Shown here in pieces: positions 12,190 to 23,221 of a stretch of 64,000 nt of DNA. Each line of letters begins with the position of its first letter. The first letter of the stretch is position 1. The notes under the pieces are model-generated. The model made no database searches. It was not told the DNA's origin and saw only the letters and a program-made list of their open reading frames with translations. The translations under genes were made by a program, and so were the position numbers. Source of the DNA: Paraphysomonas bandaiensis (Eukaryota; Protista; Chrysophyceae); contig CBFFRP010000215.1 in the NCBI GenBank assembly GCA_965644295.1, forward strand, positions 1 through 64,000, given 5' to 3'.

Positions 12190-13140
12190 TTAGCGCGTTT
12201 TTTCTACGCCGCTGCTACTCTCGATGCAATATTTGCAGTCTGTGGCCCAGAACTCGTACCAGAGGAATCCCAGTGGAACAGTCGCTGCATGCCACAAAGA
12301 GTGAGCGTCAAAGTGTCTCATAACAGGTGGAAAATCAAAGAGTTCGAGCATGGAGGCGATTCCAAACCAAACTTGCAACAGAAGACAGAGCTTCCAGTGA
12401 GGGGGCCGAACAAACAGCGCCCACAATGTCCATACCACTGCCTGGGCTGCGGCAACGGCTATGCTTACCTCCATGTGCTGGTCGAAGCTAATTGATCCTT
12501 CAGCCATTCTAGCTACTCTACTAAGTCCAAGCATTAGCAAAGTACCAAATGTTATTGTTGTCAGCAGACGGCTGTGGCGAAAGACAGTGTGTAGAGTTCG
12601 TCGTAGAGCTACCCATAACCCCGTGAGAATAAATAGTAGTGCGGACATATAATCCAGATCTATTGCAATGCCTATCTTGCGAGCGTGGAAGACAGTAGAA
12701 CAAAACCACGCAACTACAGCTACAGATCCGTAAAGTAATACCCATCCTCCCATATAGTAATCAGGATTGTTAAACCGATGTCGACGTGAGGTAAGGTTGT
12801 ATATATGAGGTAAAGCATTGGCGAATGAAAATACTGCAGAAGCTGGTTCCTGTATACCAAGAATGCGATGATAAGGCCAGTGTCCAAAATACTTCAGTGT
12901 TGATTGTCCCTGAACCTCTCTCGCATCAGATATTCTCCGCATACACTGGTAACGGCACTCACTTAGGTGGTCCCAATATAAGGCCCTCATCCAAGCACTA
13001 TATTCTTGATAAGATTTCTCTGAATCATAATAACAATCACGAACACATAATATATACTCTGGATCTCTGTCCCCAGTACTAGATAAGGATAGTTGGAGGA
13101 TTGTAGCAGCTATAACCACAATCATCCTGCTGCTGGTCAT
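12190..13140 (-). CDS. PER1: PER1/PGAP3 GPI-remodelling protein
   Basis: Signal peptide, STGDR.P.Y..CV..C, C.Y.CM, KYFGHWPY.R..GIQEPASAVFS, STVFHAR, LELFDFPP....FDAHSLWHAAT. Confidence 0.93.
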   Translation of the reverse strand: MTSSRMIVVIAATILQLSLSSTGDRDPEYILCVRDCYYDSEKSYQEYSAWMRALYWDHLSECRYQCMRRISDAREVQGQSTLKYFGHWPYHRILGIQEPASAVFSFANALPHIYNLTSRRHRFNNPDYYMGGWVLLYGSVAVVAWFCSTVFHARKIGIAIDLDYMSALLFILTGLWVALRRTLHTVFRHSRLLTTITFGTLLMLGLSRVARMAEGSISFDQHMEVSIAVAAAQAVVWTLWALFVRPPHWKLCLLLQVWFGIASMLELFDFPPVMRHFDAHSLWHAATVPLGFLWYEFWATDCKYCIESSSGVEKTR

Positions 13141-13683
13141 GTTGGTATATGCAGGTGATAAGATCCTACACACAAACAATAAATAGAAACTATAATGGTA
13201 TTACAATATATGGGGTTTATGAAAGGGCTTTCTGCATACTTCACAGAAGTAACAGTGACTACTATCATACATATGACTATACTTAAGAGGGACATGCTTA
13301 GATATGGAGACTATGTATACAGAGTACATTATTGTACAGAAGAATACTAAACAGGGTATTTACACCAATTAACCCACGGTTTTTATTATGAAAGTTATAA
13401 AATCCCTATTTTCTATTTTTTGATTTTGTAAAAACACATTGCATATGAAAATCCATGCTTTAGACACCAGTGTTTACTAGGCTGGTTTGTGTGTATGTAT
13501 CCTCCGTATGTGCGAGAATGGAACGCAGGCAGCTCTGCTGATATATTTCTCATTGTTGTTATATCAATTGCATGATAACGGGAAGATAACACTATCATCT
13601 ATCGTGTTATCTCCATACGTCCTTAAGTAGCGTTTCATATCATTACAGTATTTTCGTTGCTGTATTGACTGTTTATACTTAGC

Positions 13684-14338
13684 ATGGAGCAGTCGCAGTT
13701 TGTTAATCAGTTTCCTCCACCGCCGGCATATTTCAAACAATTTAAAGATGAAAATAGTGTTCCTGAGCCACCCAAAGTGCCTGCTATTCGCCCGCAGGTG
13801 TATGGAGATAGCATACCTCGGAGTGGAACGGAATACAATAATGAGTACAAGACTGATTTCCGCGATGTTCTGAAAGGGTCAGTGCATTTTCACAGTTTTT
13901 GTTAAATGTGTGTGGCACTGTAACAGATTTTGTTTAGAAAAATAGTTGGATTTGTCAATGCGGCTTTGAGATTTGCATCGGATGCGAATCGTCGAGAACC
14001 TATAGATCTTGGTGCAGCAGAGCTAGACAATATGGTTACTGAAATATATAGTCTATTGAAATCGTATAGATATCATGAGGTAGTGTATTTTAATTTTATG
14101 CTACCACTTTGATATTCTGTAGGCAAGAGAAAATATATGCGAAGAGATGAGAAGAGAGTTGGAGACAATGGAGAGTATCAGGGATGGGCTTCGTCGGTAT
14201 GCTGCACAATGTTGTGACAATGATGTGTCAGTAATGTGGTGTCTATTTGATAGGACTTTGAATTCGGCCACGAGAGCATATGATGGGAAGGATACAGATT
14301 TAAATGCTGACTGTGCTCTTCATGAGGCGCCGCCGTAG
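13684..14338 (+). CDS. MED7: Mediator subunit 7, multi-exon
   Basis: N-terminal FPPPP.YF..F, PEPPK.P, then LL..YR.H(E)|ARE across an intron. Three short GT-AG introns. Confidence 0.75.
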
Positions 14339-14738
14339 CATTTGTAATCGTAGTAGTATGAAGTAGTGTATAAGTGCAGTGTTATTTTAATTTATTTTCA
14401 ATTCATACTCCATATCCTAATTTAATCCTGCTGTCAAAAAAAAACAGGAGCATTAGAATTGTTTCGCCAAGCCAAGTTAGCAGATGGTAGGAGTAATTTT
14501 GTGATTGTGTGTTCAAACACGAACAGGGACTGTACCAAAGTAAGGAATAATACAGGTTCATCCTCAGAACCATACTGAATACCTAGTAGCTACTTACCTA
14601 TTCAAATGTTGACTACCTTCAATACAAAAATAATGCGGTAATATAAATATTTGTGTTTTTCATATAAACTATTGTTAAAATATAGCTGAAGTTTAAGACT
14701 ATTCGAGTTTAAAACATAGGTATTCTTTTTACTTACAC

Positions 14739-15674
14739 CTAGTCGTCACAACCTTGTAAGACCTTCACAAACTCATCAAATGCCAACTTTCCATCGCCGT
14801 TAGTGTCATAATACGTAAAGAGGGACTCAAACTCATCCTCCGCGTATTCAATTCCTTTCATGCGAAGCAGACGCCGCATCTCTCCCCGGTCAACAAGTCC
14901 TGATGAGTCCTTGTCAAACTTCTTGAAAGATTCCATTGCATGCGTCTCATCTATCTTCCCTTTGATGGAGAGTGCAATAGAACTCGCCTTCCTCGTAAGA
15001 TCCTGTGATTGATTACTAAATGCTTTGACAAACTCGCCGTATGAAAATTTTCCATCATTGTTCACATCGAACAGTAGAAATAGCTCATCGAAGTCGCTCT
15101 GAGAGTACTGTATTCCTTGCATACGCAACAGTCTACGCATCTCACTCCTGTCTATTAGACCCGAGGAATCTTTGTCAAACTTTTTGAAAGACTGTGCTAC
15201 GTCGGTGCCGCCTATTTTACTTTTCACGGCGGAAGAAATCGCTGACTCGCCGTCTGGACAATGAGCAGGCTCATCAGTCTGCGTATCTTCTGATGGAGAT
15301 GAAGTATTTTCAACGGTGATGGTAGAATCTTGTAAATCGGAAGGAGGTAGTTTCACCGCATGGCACCATGCACGAAGCCGTCTAACTTCTGCTCTGGCCT
15401 GCTCAATCTCTTTCACGTCAGATGCATCGTTGGGCAGACTCTGGTGAGAAGCTACATCCGCCAACGAGACATCAGCGTCAAATTTGATATTACAGCAAAC
15501 ACCTTCTGATGAAGAACTTTGTATATTTAATTTACTACACATCGCTCTTAACTTTATAATTTCTGATCTACAGCTGTCTATATCTACCAGATCTTCAGCA
15601 CTAGAAGGAAGACCCTTTTGACGGTTGATTTCATTAGCTAATGATATATCCAACGATGAAACACCACCACCCAT
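14739..15674 (-). CDS. N-myristoylated four-EF-hand calcium-binding protein
   Basis: MGGGVS N-terminus. EF loops DKDSSGLIDRSE, DVNNDGKFSYGE, DKDSSGLVDRGE, DTNGDGKLAFDE. Confidence 0.9.
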   Translation of the reverse strand: MGGGVSSLDISLANEINRQKGLPSSAEDLVDIDSCRSEIIKLRAMCSKLNIQSSSSEGVCCNIKFDADVSLADVASHQSLPNDASDVKEIEQARAEVRRLRAWCHAVKLPPSDLQDSTITVENTSSPSEDTQTDEPAHCPDGESAISSAVKSKIGGTDVAQSFKKFDKDSSGLIDRSEMRRLLRMQGIQYSQSDFDELFLLFDVNNDGKFSYGEFVKAFSNQSQDLTRKASSIALSIKGKIDETHAMESFKKFDKDSSGLVDRGEMRRLLRMKGIEYAEDEFESLFTYYDTNGDGKLAFDEFVKVLQGCDD

Positions 15675-16089
15675 AGAATCACAATATCAAGGTAATAATC
15701 CTGCTATATGAACCATAACTAATCAGTGATCTTCTCTATATAGTCTGTCTATACTGTTATCAAATCACTTCAATGTGGGGGCTTCATAACTGTTTTCAGT
15801 TGTAGTCAGTAATTTTAATTTTCGTCCTCGTATTTTTTTCACTGTTCCACTGTACCCGAGTGTATACAGAACGTAATTTTACAATCTGAAAATTTTGTTC
15901 CAACCTTCTATAATTTCTGTTGCTGCTGCCTGTACTACGTATGTGTATCATATCAGATGCAGGAATTCCTATACATACCATACGGCTGTGAGTGATATCT
16001 ATATGGGGTTATATATAGACATACCCACACTCATAATTGCAGCCAAGAGATTAACTTATCGCTTCATATACCTCCACTAACCATATCCC

Positions 16090-17157
16090 ATGTCAAGCTT
16101 GATATTAGATAACGGCATTATCAGAGATGTCAATGGCAATCTCCCAGTAGTGGGTCTAGGGACCGCTACTCTAAAGGGAGAGAGATGTATCCATGCAATG
16201 AAAACTGCAATAGATATTGGCTATAGGATGATAGATACCGCCCTATTGTATGGGAATCAGACAGATGTTGGAGAAGGCATAAAAAAGAGTGGGATTCCTC
16301 GTGAACAGTTATGGATTACAAGTAAAGTTGGATTTTTTCCAAGTGATTCTGATAAGATATGGATGTATAATCCGAATAATGTTAAAGGGAGTGAAGAATC
16401 GTCTATTGATTTGTGTTTGGAACAACTAGGCCTTGACTATGTTGATCTCATGTTAGTTCATAACCCTTGTACATCAGCTGTTGAGTATTCTTCTGCGTCT
16501 CTGCCCCATTTTTTCGAATTTTTCAACACCACGGGAGGTAGCGACTTTGCAATTAAACCGCTTACTTTACCTGATGGGCAGAACATGCGTGAGTTAATAT
16601 TAGGAAGCTATCGAGAGAGGTGCAAAGAGCTGGATTCTGATGAAGCGTATAATCGTAGAAAGGCATCCTGGCTGGCCCTGGAGAAGGCTCAGCGGGAAGG
16701 TAAATGCCGCTATATTGGAGTGTCTAACTACCCGGCACCTCTTCTTGAGGAAATGAAGTCATATGCTACTGTTTTACCGTCAGTTAACGAAGTTGAGTTC
16801 CATCCCCATTATACCTCCCCAGTTATGCTGCAGGTAGCACGGGACATGGGAGTCGCTGTCATTGGCTATGGCACCGGAACATCCATGACCATAGGTGATG
16901 ATAAGGAGGTGGTGCAAGAGATAGCTGATCGAATTGGACGCACTCCAATGCAAGTGTTGCTCAGATGGACTCTACAGAAGGGTGTAACACCCATTCCTAG
17001 ATCCGGATCACAGACTCACTTGCAAGAAAATTACTCTGTGACAAACGACTTCGAATTGTCTGAACAAGATATGCAGCGCCTAGATAACCTCAATCAAAAC
17101 TATCCCTATTACTGGGATCCAGTTTCTTCAGAACTCACTTGTTCGGCACCAAAATAA
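16090..17157 (+). CDS. Aldo/keto reductase
   Basis: P.VGLGT, GYRMIDTA.LYGN (catalytic D/Y), WITSK, LDYVDLML.H, IGVSNY, NEVEFHP, QVLLRW.LQ, IPRS. Confidence 0.95.
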   Translation: MSSLILDNGIIRDVNGNLPVVGLGTATLKGERCIHAMKTAIDIGYRMIDTALLYGNQTDVGEGIKKSGIPREQLWITSKVGFFPSDSDKIWMYNPNNVKGSEESSIDLCLEQLGLDYVDLMLVHNPCTSAVEYSSASLPHFFEFFNTTGGSDFAIKPLTLPDGQNMRELILGSYRERCKELDSDEAYNRRKASWLALEKAQREGKCRYIGVSNYPAPLLEEMKSYATVLPSVNEVEFHPHYTSPVMLQVARDMGVAVIGYGTGTSMTIGDDKEVVQEIADRIGRTPMQVLLRWTLQKGVTPIPRSGSQTHLQENYSVTNDFELSEQDMQRLDNLNQNYPYYWDPVSSELTCSAPK

Positions 17158-17584
17158 GTAAATATTTCAGGCACATGCGGCATTTTCGTAGCACTATCCA
17201 CTAGTGCTGTAATTAAAAATGAATGGTTTATTGTTTGAAAGTAGCGAACCAGACATGTCTAGTGGTGTAGAAGAAGCACTTCAAATTAAAATAGATAATC
17301 GCACGTTAGTTGTAGGACCACATACTAACAAAAAACGGCACTGCTTCCTTAGGTTTCTTATGCACTATAGTTTCAGTGTGATACACCCAATACCCAAACA
17401 ATAGACTCATGAAGTTCACTCGAGTAGTAGCCGCCTTGTATGCCTTCAAATGTACTTGTTTCTGCTAGTAAGGTGCTTAGGAGTTAGGAGAAGGTCTCGC
17501 TAATTTCACAATGTTCGTACAACTAGAGAAGCCGCCTTAGCACATTACTTTTGTGTATTACGTTTATTTTTAGCTTATTGATAG

Positions 17585-19241
17585 TCAACTATCAGGAAAT
17601 ATCCTAATACTTTTCCAATCTACACCGTCACTATTAAAAAAAAGATTATCTGTGTCCTTAGTAATTCTATGTACGCCCGCCATTGATAAAGTTGTCATAT
17701 TTTCGTAAGCACCTGACAGAATCCTGTCGGACCAACTATTAATCTCGGTAGTTGCCCGCAACTCTTTGACATACGAGTCACCAGTAAATCGACCTGATTT
17801 CATCTCTCCTAGCCTACCCTTTGAATACTGGAAAGCTTCGGCTTTCATCCGTGTCAGCCAACGATGTGAAACGTCAACCCCAAAAAGCGGCAGAATTAGC
17901 CGTGGTACAGCACCTGGGAGTCCTTCGTAATCCAGAAACAAACCGCGGAGAGAACCAGTATGATATAGTCCGTGCCGCATGTATGCTTCAATCGCGTAGC
18001 TACAAAGCATGCCAAGATACGCTGCACACCTATTAAACATTGTAAAACAGACAGCGGATATATCCACGTACTCACCAAGCTGCTTGAGGAAGAGTAGCAA
18101 CGTCCATCCCTTCGATTTGGTCCCGTATATGCTGCATATGAAACTTTGGTTATATATGCTTTACACAAGAAGTTGGGGGACCTTCTCATGAGGGTACATA
18201 TATTTAGAGCGCATACAGGGAGGTGTGCCGAAAAAACTGCCAAACCAGCCTGTGTCCAAATGTGACATCATTGTCTGTACGGGGTGCCGAAATAAGAACA
18301 CCCATGGCACATCCGGAAAAGCCTACCAACACACAATGAAATAGAACAAGAATTAACTGCAGAGGTGTGATGCGGTTGATAGCCATACAAAAAATATACA
18401 CGTATCTTGGTGAATATTACCTCAAGAGCAATGCCGATCTCAGTAGTAGAAATTGACTGAAACTTAAAGAAAAGTCTCTTGTGCACAGGGCTACAACCCA
18501 TAGCTGTGACTACATTTCTGAATAGGCGCACCCTACGGGACCGAGAGCAACTATTGCACAAGTGACGCAGAGCGTAAACAGGAGGTGCTGATTCACTAAA
18601 CACCATGCTGTAGGGATCAGTCGCAAGCAGATTCGCCACCAAGGTGGATCCCACTCTACTCTCATGGAATATAAACCCGGTAGGTGGTACAAGTCGACTC
18701 TGGGGTGAGTTGTTCGTTGCCATATCTGCCAGCATATCACTTAATAGTTTCTTTTTCGTATTAGATGCTGTACATTTGGATCGTGACACTAGATCACGGA
18801 ACATAGGGTATAAATGTGGTGAATTGGAGTAAGCTTTGAAGTCAAGTCGGCAGAGAGTAACGATGGGGTCTACACCAGTAGACAGTTCAATAGGAGTGTA
18901 ATGAGGTATGTTCCAGTCCGGTTCATTGTCCTCTTCACTTACATATTTCCACTAATACATAGATAATGTAACATTGTACACTGAACCATAACGCTCACCT
19001 CACTCTTTACGACAGGCTGTAAAGTGGAGTTAACAGAAACAGACACCCGGTTGTTGAACATACTATGTGACTCTTGTGATGGAAAGTAATGAAATACTGT
19101 GACAACTCCAAAAGATATCCTGTGGAAAGAAGTGATATGAGTATTGAAGATATCAGAGCAACGGCAGAGGTACATTAGCAACATTGCAGCATATATGATC
19201 TTGATCTTATTGCCTCTGACAACAAGGGAAGTTCTCTTCAT
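17585..19241 (-). CDS. Type II membrane P-loop sulfotransferase-like protein, multi-exon
   Basis: PTGFIFHESRVGSTLVANLLA (PAPS-loop-like), SE..P, FFKFQS, AFPDVPWVFLFR.PV, YE.LP. N-terminal hydrophobic anchor. Confidence 0.7.
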
Positions 19242-19484
19242 TGCTATCAATACTTCGAAATGATGTACATATAAGTATAAACAATAGTGTGGTATGAGGA
19301 TAGAGATGGGTGTTTAAGGAGGTCGTAGATATCAGCTATATCACATACAGTATTTTGTGCTGCAATATACAGTAAATAAGGACAATTATACTAAAATCCC
19401 GGTTTTATATAATTCAAACCTATCTAAATATCCTGATATTGGCATTCCTGGTGTCACAAAAACCATAGAAAAATACTATTAGAT

Positions 19485-19501
19485 CCAAAAAAGTACAAAA
19501 A
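19485..19501 (-). terminator. Pol III oligo-dT terminators for tRNA-Trp
   Basis: T5 and T6 runs start a few nt downstream of the tRNA 3' end on the minus strand. Confidence 0.75.
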
Positions 19502-19505
19502 GATG

Positions 19506-19577
19506 TGAAAGCGACGAGAATCGAACTCGCAACCTTTGGGACTGGAATCCAACGCGCTACCATTGCGCCACGCCTTC
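19506..19577 (-). tRNA. tRNA-Trp(CCA)
   Basis: 72-nt cloverleaf GAAGGCG TG GCGC AATGGTA GCGC G TTGGA TTCCAGT CCCAA AGGTT GCGAG TTCGATT CTCGT CGCTTTC A. Confidence 0.95.
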
Positions 19578-19768
19578 ACTACCATGCTAAGAGTTGCAGT
19601 TTATGATAATATAAATGAATTTTTTATTTTATTAGTATGTATATCCATATATGTGTGGACATATACAGTATATGAGTAGTACAGTAACTGTCAGTCTACT
19701 ATTACTGTACAGGCTTCTGGTGCATATAAACCTCTCAACAGAGTGCATTATAATACTAAACCCTATGA

Positions 19769-20680
19769 ATGACTATCAGTATATGGAGAATCGCACTGTG
19801 CTCTATTATATGGTGTCTGATTCATGCTCTGGCGGTCCCTATTATTAAATGTGTGGTTATATTGTTGGCTTCATTGAAAGTATGTAATAAAGATGAATGT
19901 TTGCACCGACTCCACTTGCTTCAGTTCCCTGTAAATCAACATGATTCAGTATCCCCTATAGGTGGTGTACAGACAGTCAAGTTATATAACTTGCGCCGCC
20001 TGTTCAGATCACAAGTATACTGCTGCCTCGCCAGTGGTTTCGGATTGTATCTGTTGTGTGTACAGTATCGACGGTGGCCGGATGATATGCTCTTACAATG
20101 GGGACCTATCCAACAGTTGTCATTTGAACTAGCCGCCTCTCACTGGATTGTCTCTATTGTAGAGGACTATATTGTTGGCGATGAGGTGTATATCTCTGCT
20201 ACGGAGGGTGAATTGAATCTGGGCCTCTATGTGTTCTTCTGTCTGGGGTTACTATCCCATCATATGTTCGCCATATTTGCCTATATGTGGTGCCTACACA
20301 CGCATCTCCTCTCGGGTTTATGCGTATTTGGTCTGCTGTTTGAAGTGCCTGTAGTTTTGCTCAATGTAAGAGAGATATTTGTTTCTTATGAGCATATTCT
20401 TTTCCCTGCTCACCACTGGGTGTGGTGCAAATCTGTTTTGATTCAGTACTGGCTCGCACTTCATTTTTTGTGGCATTCCACGCGCACTTCAGTTTGTGTT
20501 CTCTATATCACTTCAGCTTTCCTTTGGAGTTCACGCATTCATCGAATTCTACCGCTGACATCAGAAGTGATTTATCATTGTCTGGGCTGTGGATTCCTGT
20601 ATATAAATATAGTTCTATTGCTGACAGTTTTGCAGCTTTATATTATATCCGATTTTTTGAAAATTGCGCGGAACGGTTAG
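19769..20680 (+). CDS. TLC-domain-like polytopic membrane protein
   Basis: Multiple TM helices. SHH motif followed by LLFEVP..LLN.R, as in TRAM/LAG1/CLN8 proteins. Confidence 0.6.
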   Translation: MTISIWRIALCSIIWCLIHALAVPIIKCVVILLASLKVCNKDECLHRLHLLQFPVNQHDSVSPIGGVQTVKLYNLRRLFRSQVYCCLASGFGLYLLCVQYRRWPDDMLLQWGPIQQLSFELAASHWIVSIVEDYIVGDEVYISATEGELNLGLYVFFCLGLLSHHMFAIFAYMWCLHTHLLSGLCVFGLLFEVPVVLLNVREIFVSYEHILFPAHHWVWCKSVLIQYWLALHFLWHSTRTSVCVLYITSAFLWSSRIHRILPLTSEVIYHCLGCGFLYINIVLLLTVLQLYIISDFLKIARNG

Positions 20681-21576
20681 GAGTCAGTTCTTTTCATCAA
20701 TGAATAGGTCAATCACTGTCCTTATTCCTTCACAAAGAATTTCTATGTCCTCTGGATATATTTTAACGGTATATATTGATGTTGCATTTGTTTATATATT
20801 CTTTTTGGAGAAGCTGAATGTCATGGAAATGAGTTGTCTTCATATAGTGAGAAATAGGGAAAGTCGGAGGTCAAAGTGAAGAGAGTATTAGAGGTACTAC
20901 TATACTTCATTATTTCGAAAAAGAGAAGAGTTCTGAATTTCACAATAATACTTAACTTGAAATTTATAAGATCGCTTATTGTTTAAAATATATTTAGAAA
21001 TCATGTATGCACCTCCTTCTCCAATGTGTACTGACCAACGATATCTAGTGCTTCGGTTACACTTTGAACTGAACCATAGATTCCACTCACGCAGGTGCAT
21101 TTACGTTCCAGCTACTCTGTCAGATTTTCTGGATACTGATTTCTGACTGCATCATTGACCGGAGTAGCTACTGGCTTAGATTTCAGTCTGAATGATATCT
21201 TCTTTTCTTCATCGACCACATCTTCATTCGCTTAGTCCTATTACCCACTCCGAATTGGTCAAAGACCGCCGGGTATCCCCTTCAGGTCATCCTTGGTCTA
21301 TCTATCACTCGCTATCATGTTCGAATTTGATCTTTATTTTGGATTGTACACTTGTTCATCTTAACTTTATGGTATGAAAATTATAATCAATTTACCAATA
21401 TCGCTTATTTAATCTCATAAACGATCTATATGTCAAATGTCAAACCATACATATTTTCTAGATTATGAACAGACACAACTTTCAGTTATGATCATATCAT
21501 CTTATCCATTGAATATTTCACTGTCACTACATACCATTACTTTCAGTTTCTACACAATATTTATTCTAACTATATT

Positions 21577-22637
21577 AAGTCGGACTCGCACGCTTTTGGG
21601 GTGTTCTGGAGAATAAGTTCCGGAGATATTTCTCCGGGAAACTAACGTGAGCCGCACATATAGTCAGCAGATAATTTTCTGCTCACTCATAGCCAAGTAC
21701 TTGTTGTGTGGTGCAAGAGACACTAAAATATAAGTGTCACTTGTGTAAATTCTTTTGGACCTGACAAAAACAGGCATCCGGGAATAATGGGCCCACCTGA
21801 AAGGCATCCGAGGTATTGTGCTACCTGCTGAAGTCAAGCATCCGTGTTGTTCAGCTTAAAGACTCAAAATCCTCAAATCAGCAGTAGTGAATGTCTGATT
21901 ATATTAGCCGTAGGCGTGTAAGAATCGGAACCAATGTAGCATTATTGTAAGTTAACTAAGTGGTGCTTAACTCTGATATCCTACTATATTTAGCGCTACG
22001 AAAGCTGCTTGTGCGTCACCATAAGCACCAATGTGCAAACAATTTCGCTCTATTACTAAAAGCAAACGCAGTGAGCAAGCAACAAGAAGAATGTTGATAT
22101 ACCTGACATCTGCTGACTTCAGCAGGCAGCCCAATACTCCGAATGCCCTTGAGATGGGCCTATTCCCGCATGCTTGTTTACGACCCACAGTTGTCTACAC
22201 AAGTACCTGGGAATTGGCTCACCCCAAGGGCTTCCGGGATGTTGGGCTGCCTGCTGATATCAAGCATCCGGGTTGTTCACATTCGTGAATGTCTGATTAT
22301 TAGCGACAGGCATGTAAGAGTCAGAGAACTAATGTTGCAAAAAAATGAGTTTAGGACAGGATTCTGATTTGTCTTTTGCTAAATAATGCGTTTATATCGC
22401 AGTATGTAGCCTTTTGGAAATCTGATGTCAGCAGATGTCAGGTATATCAACATTCTGCTTGCTCACTACATTTGCTTTTAGTGATAGAGCGAAAGTGGTT
22501 GCATCTTGGTGCTTGCGGCTTCGTAGATTTAAATAGTAGGTATCAGACAGAGTTAAGCACTAGTTCGTTACATTGCAATGCTAAATTAGTTTCGACTCTC
22601 TTTAACGCCAATTATATTCTAATAATAAGACGTTCAC
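21577..22637. mobile_element. Nested cluster of family A retroposon copies
   Basis: Sense 5' half 21577-21884; antisense copy 21885-22204; sense fragment 22207-22280; antisense tail 22285-22338; sense 3' half 22419-22637. Confidence 0.85.
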
Positions 22638-23221
22638 AGCTTCAAGAATATATAAACACTTGATGCTGGTTCCCTTTGGCATCGAAGCATTTCTTGCACT
22701 ACTAGAACGCCATTTTTTTCCAGTTTTATACTATTATGACGATATTATACTCTATACTACTGTTCTAGTTTAAGTCTCTTTTAAGCTTGCTTGTAGAGTT
22801 ACCTTTAATCGATGTCCAAACGAGCAGGAAATGTATTATACGGAATTCGTGTGATGGTGCACACGAGACAATAATAAATACTACTAGTGCTGGTACAATG
22901 GTACAATCATTTTATATGATACGGTAAAACCTTCATGCTCTCGTAAAATCCAAATTTCTTTATTGTTCATCTATATACTGAAACAACAAGCTATATTATT
23001 CTCTATTACATACGGTATACAGCAAGTCCCATTACGTTTCACTGCACGGTATACCACTATACCACCAGTTACACGAAAAACAAAACTATAGGGTCCATAA
23101 TCCGAAAAATGCACTACACAGGCAACCACGCAAGTATATCTGTACATACAGTTTGTCTATGTGCCATCACTGTTGGCTACTACAATATAATAAGTGCTGC
23201 TTCAGCATCTAGGATGGCATG

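Noticed and set aside
21000-21380. Coding-like minus-strand remnant, weakly KH-like (ERKC..VSG..GSVQSVTEAL)
   Set aside because: Multiple stops and too little similarity to call.
21967-22663. Short ORFs within family A; also Fanzor/TnpB omega-RNA considered
   Set aside because: Frames break between copies and show no recognisable motifs. There is no RuvC ORF or IS-like end, and long TSDs favour retroposition.
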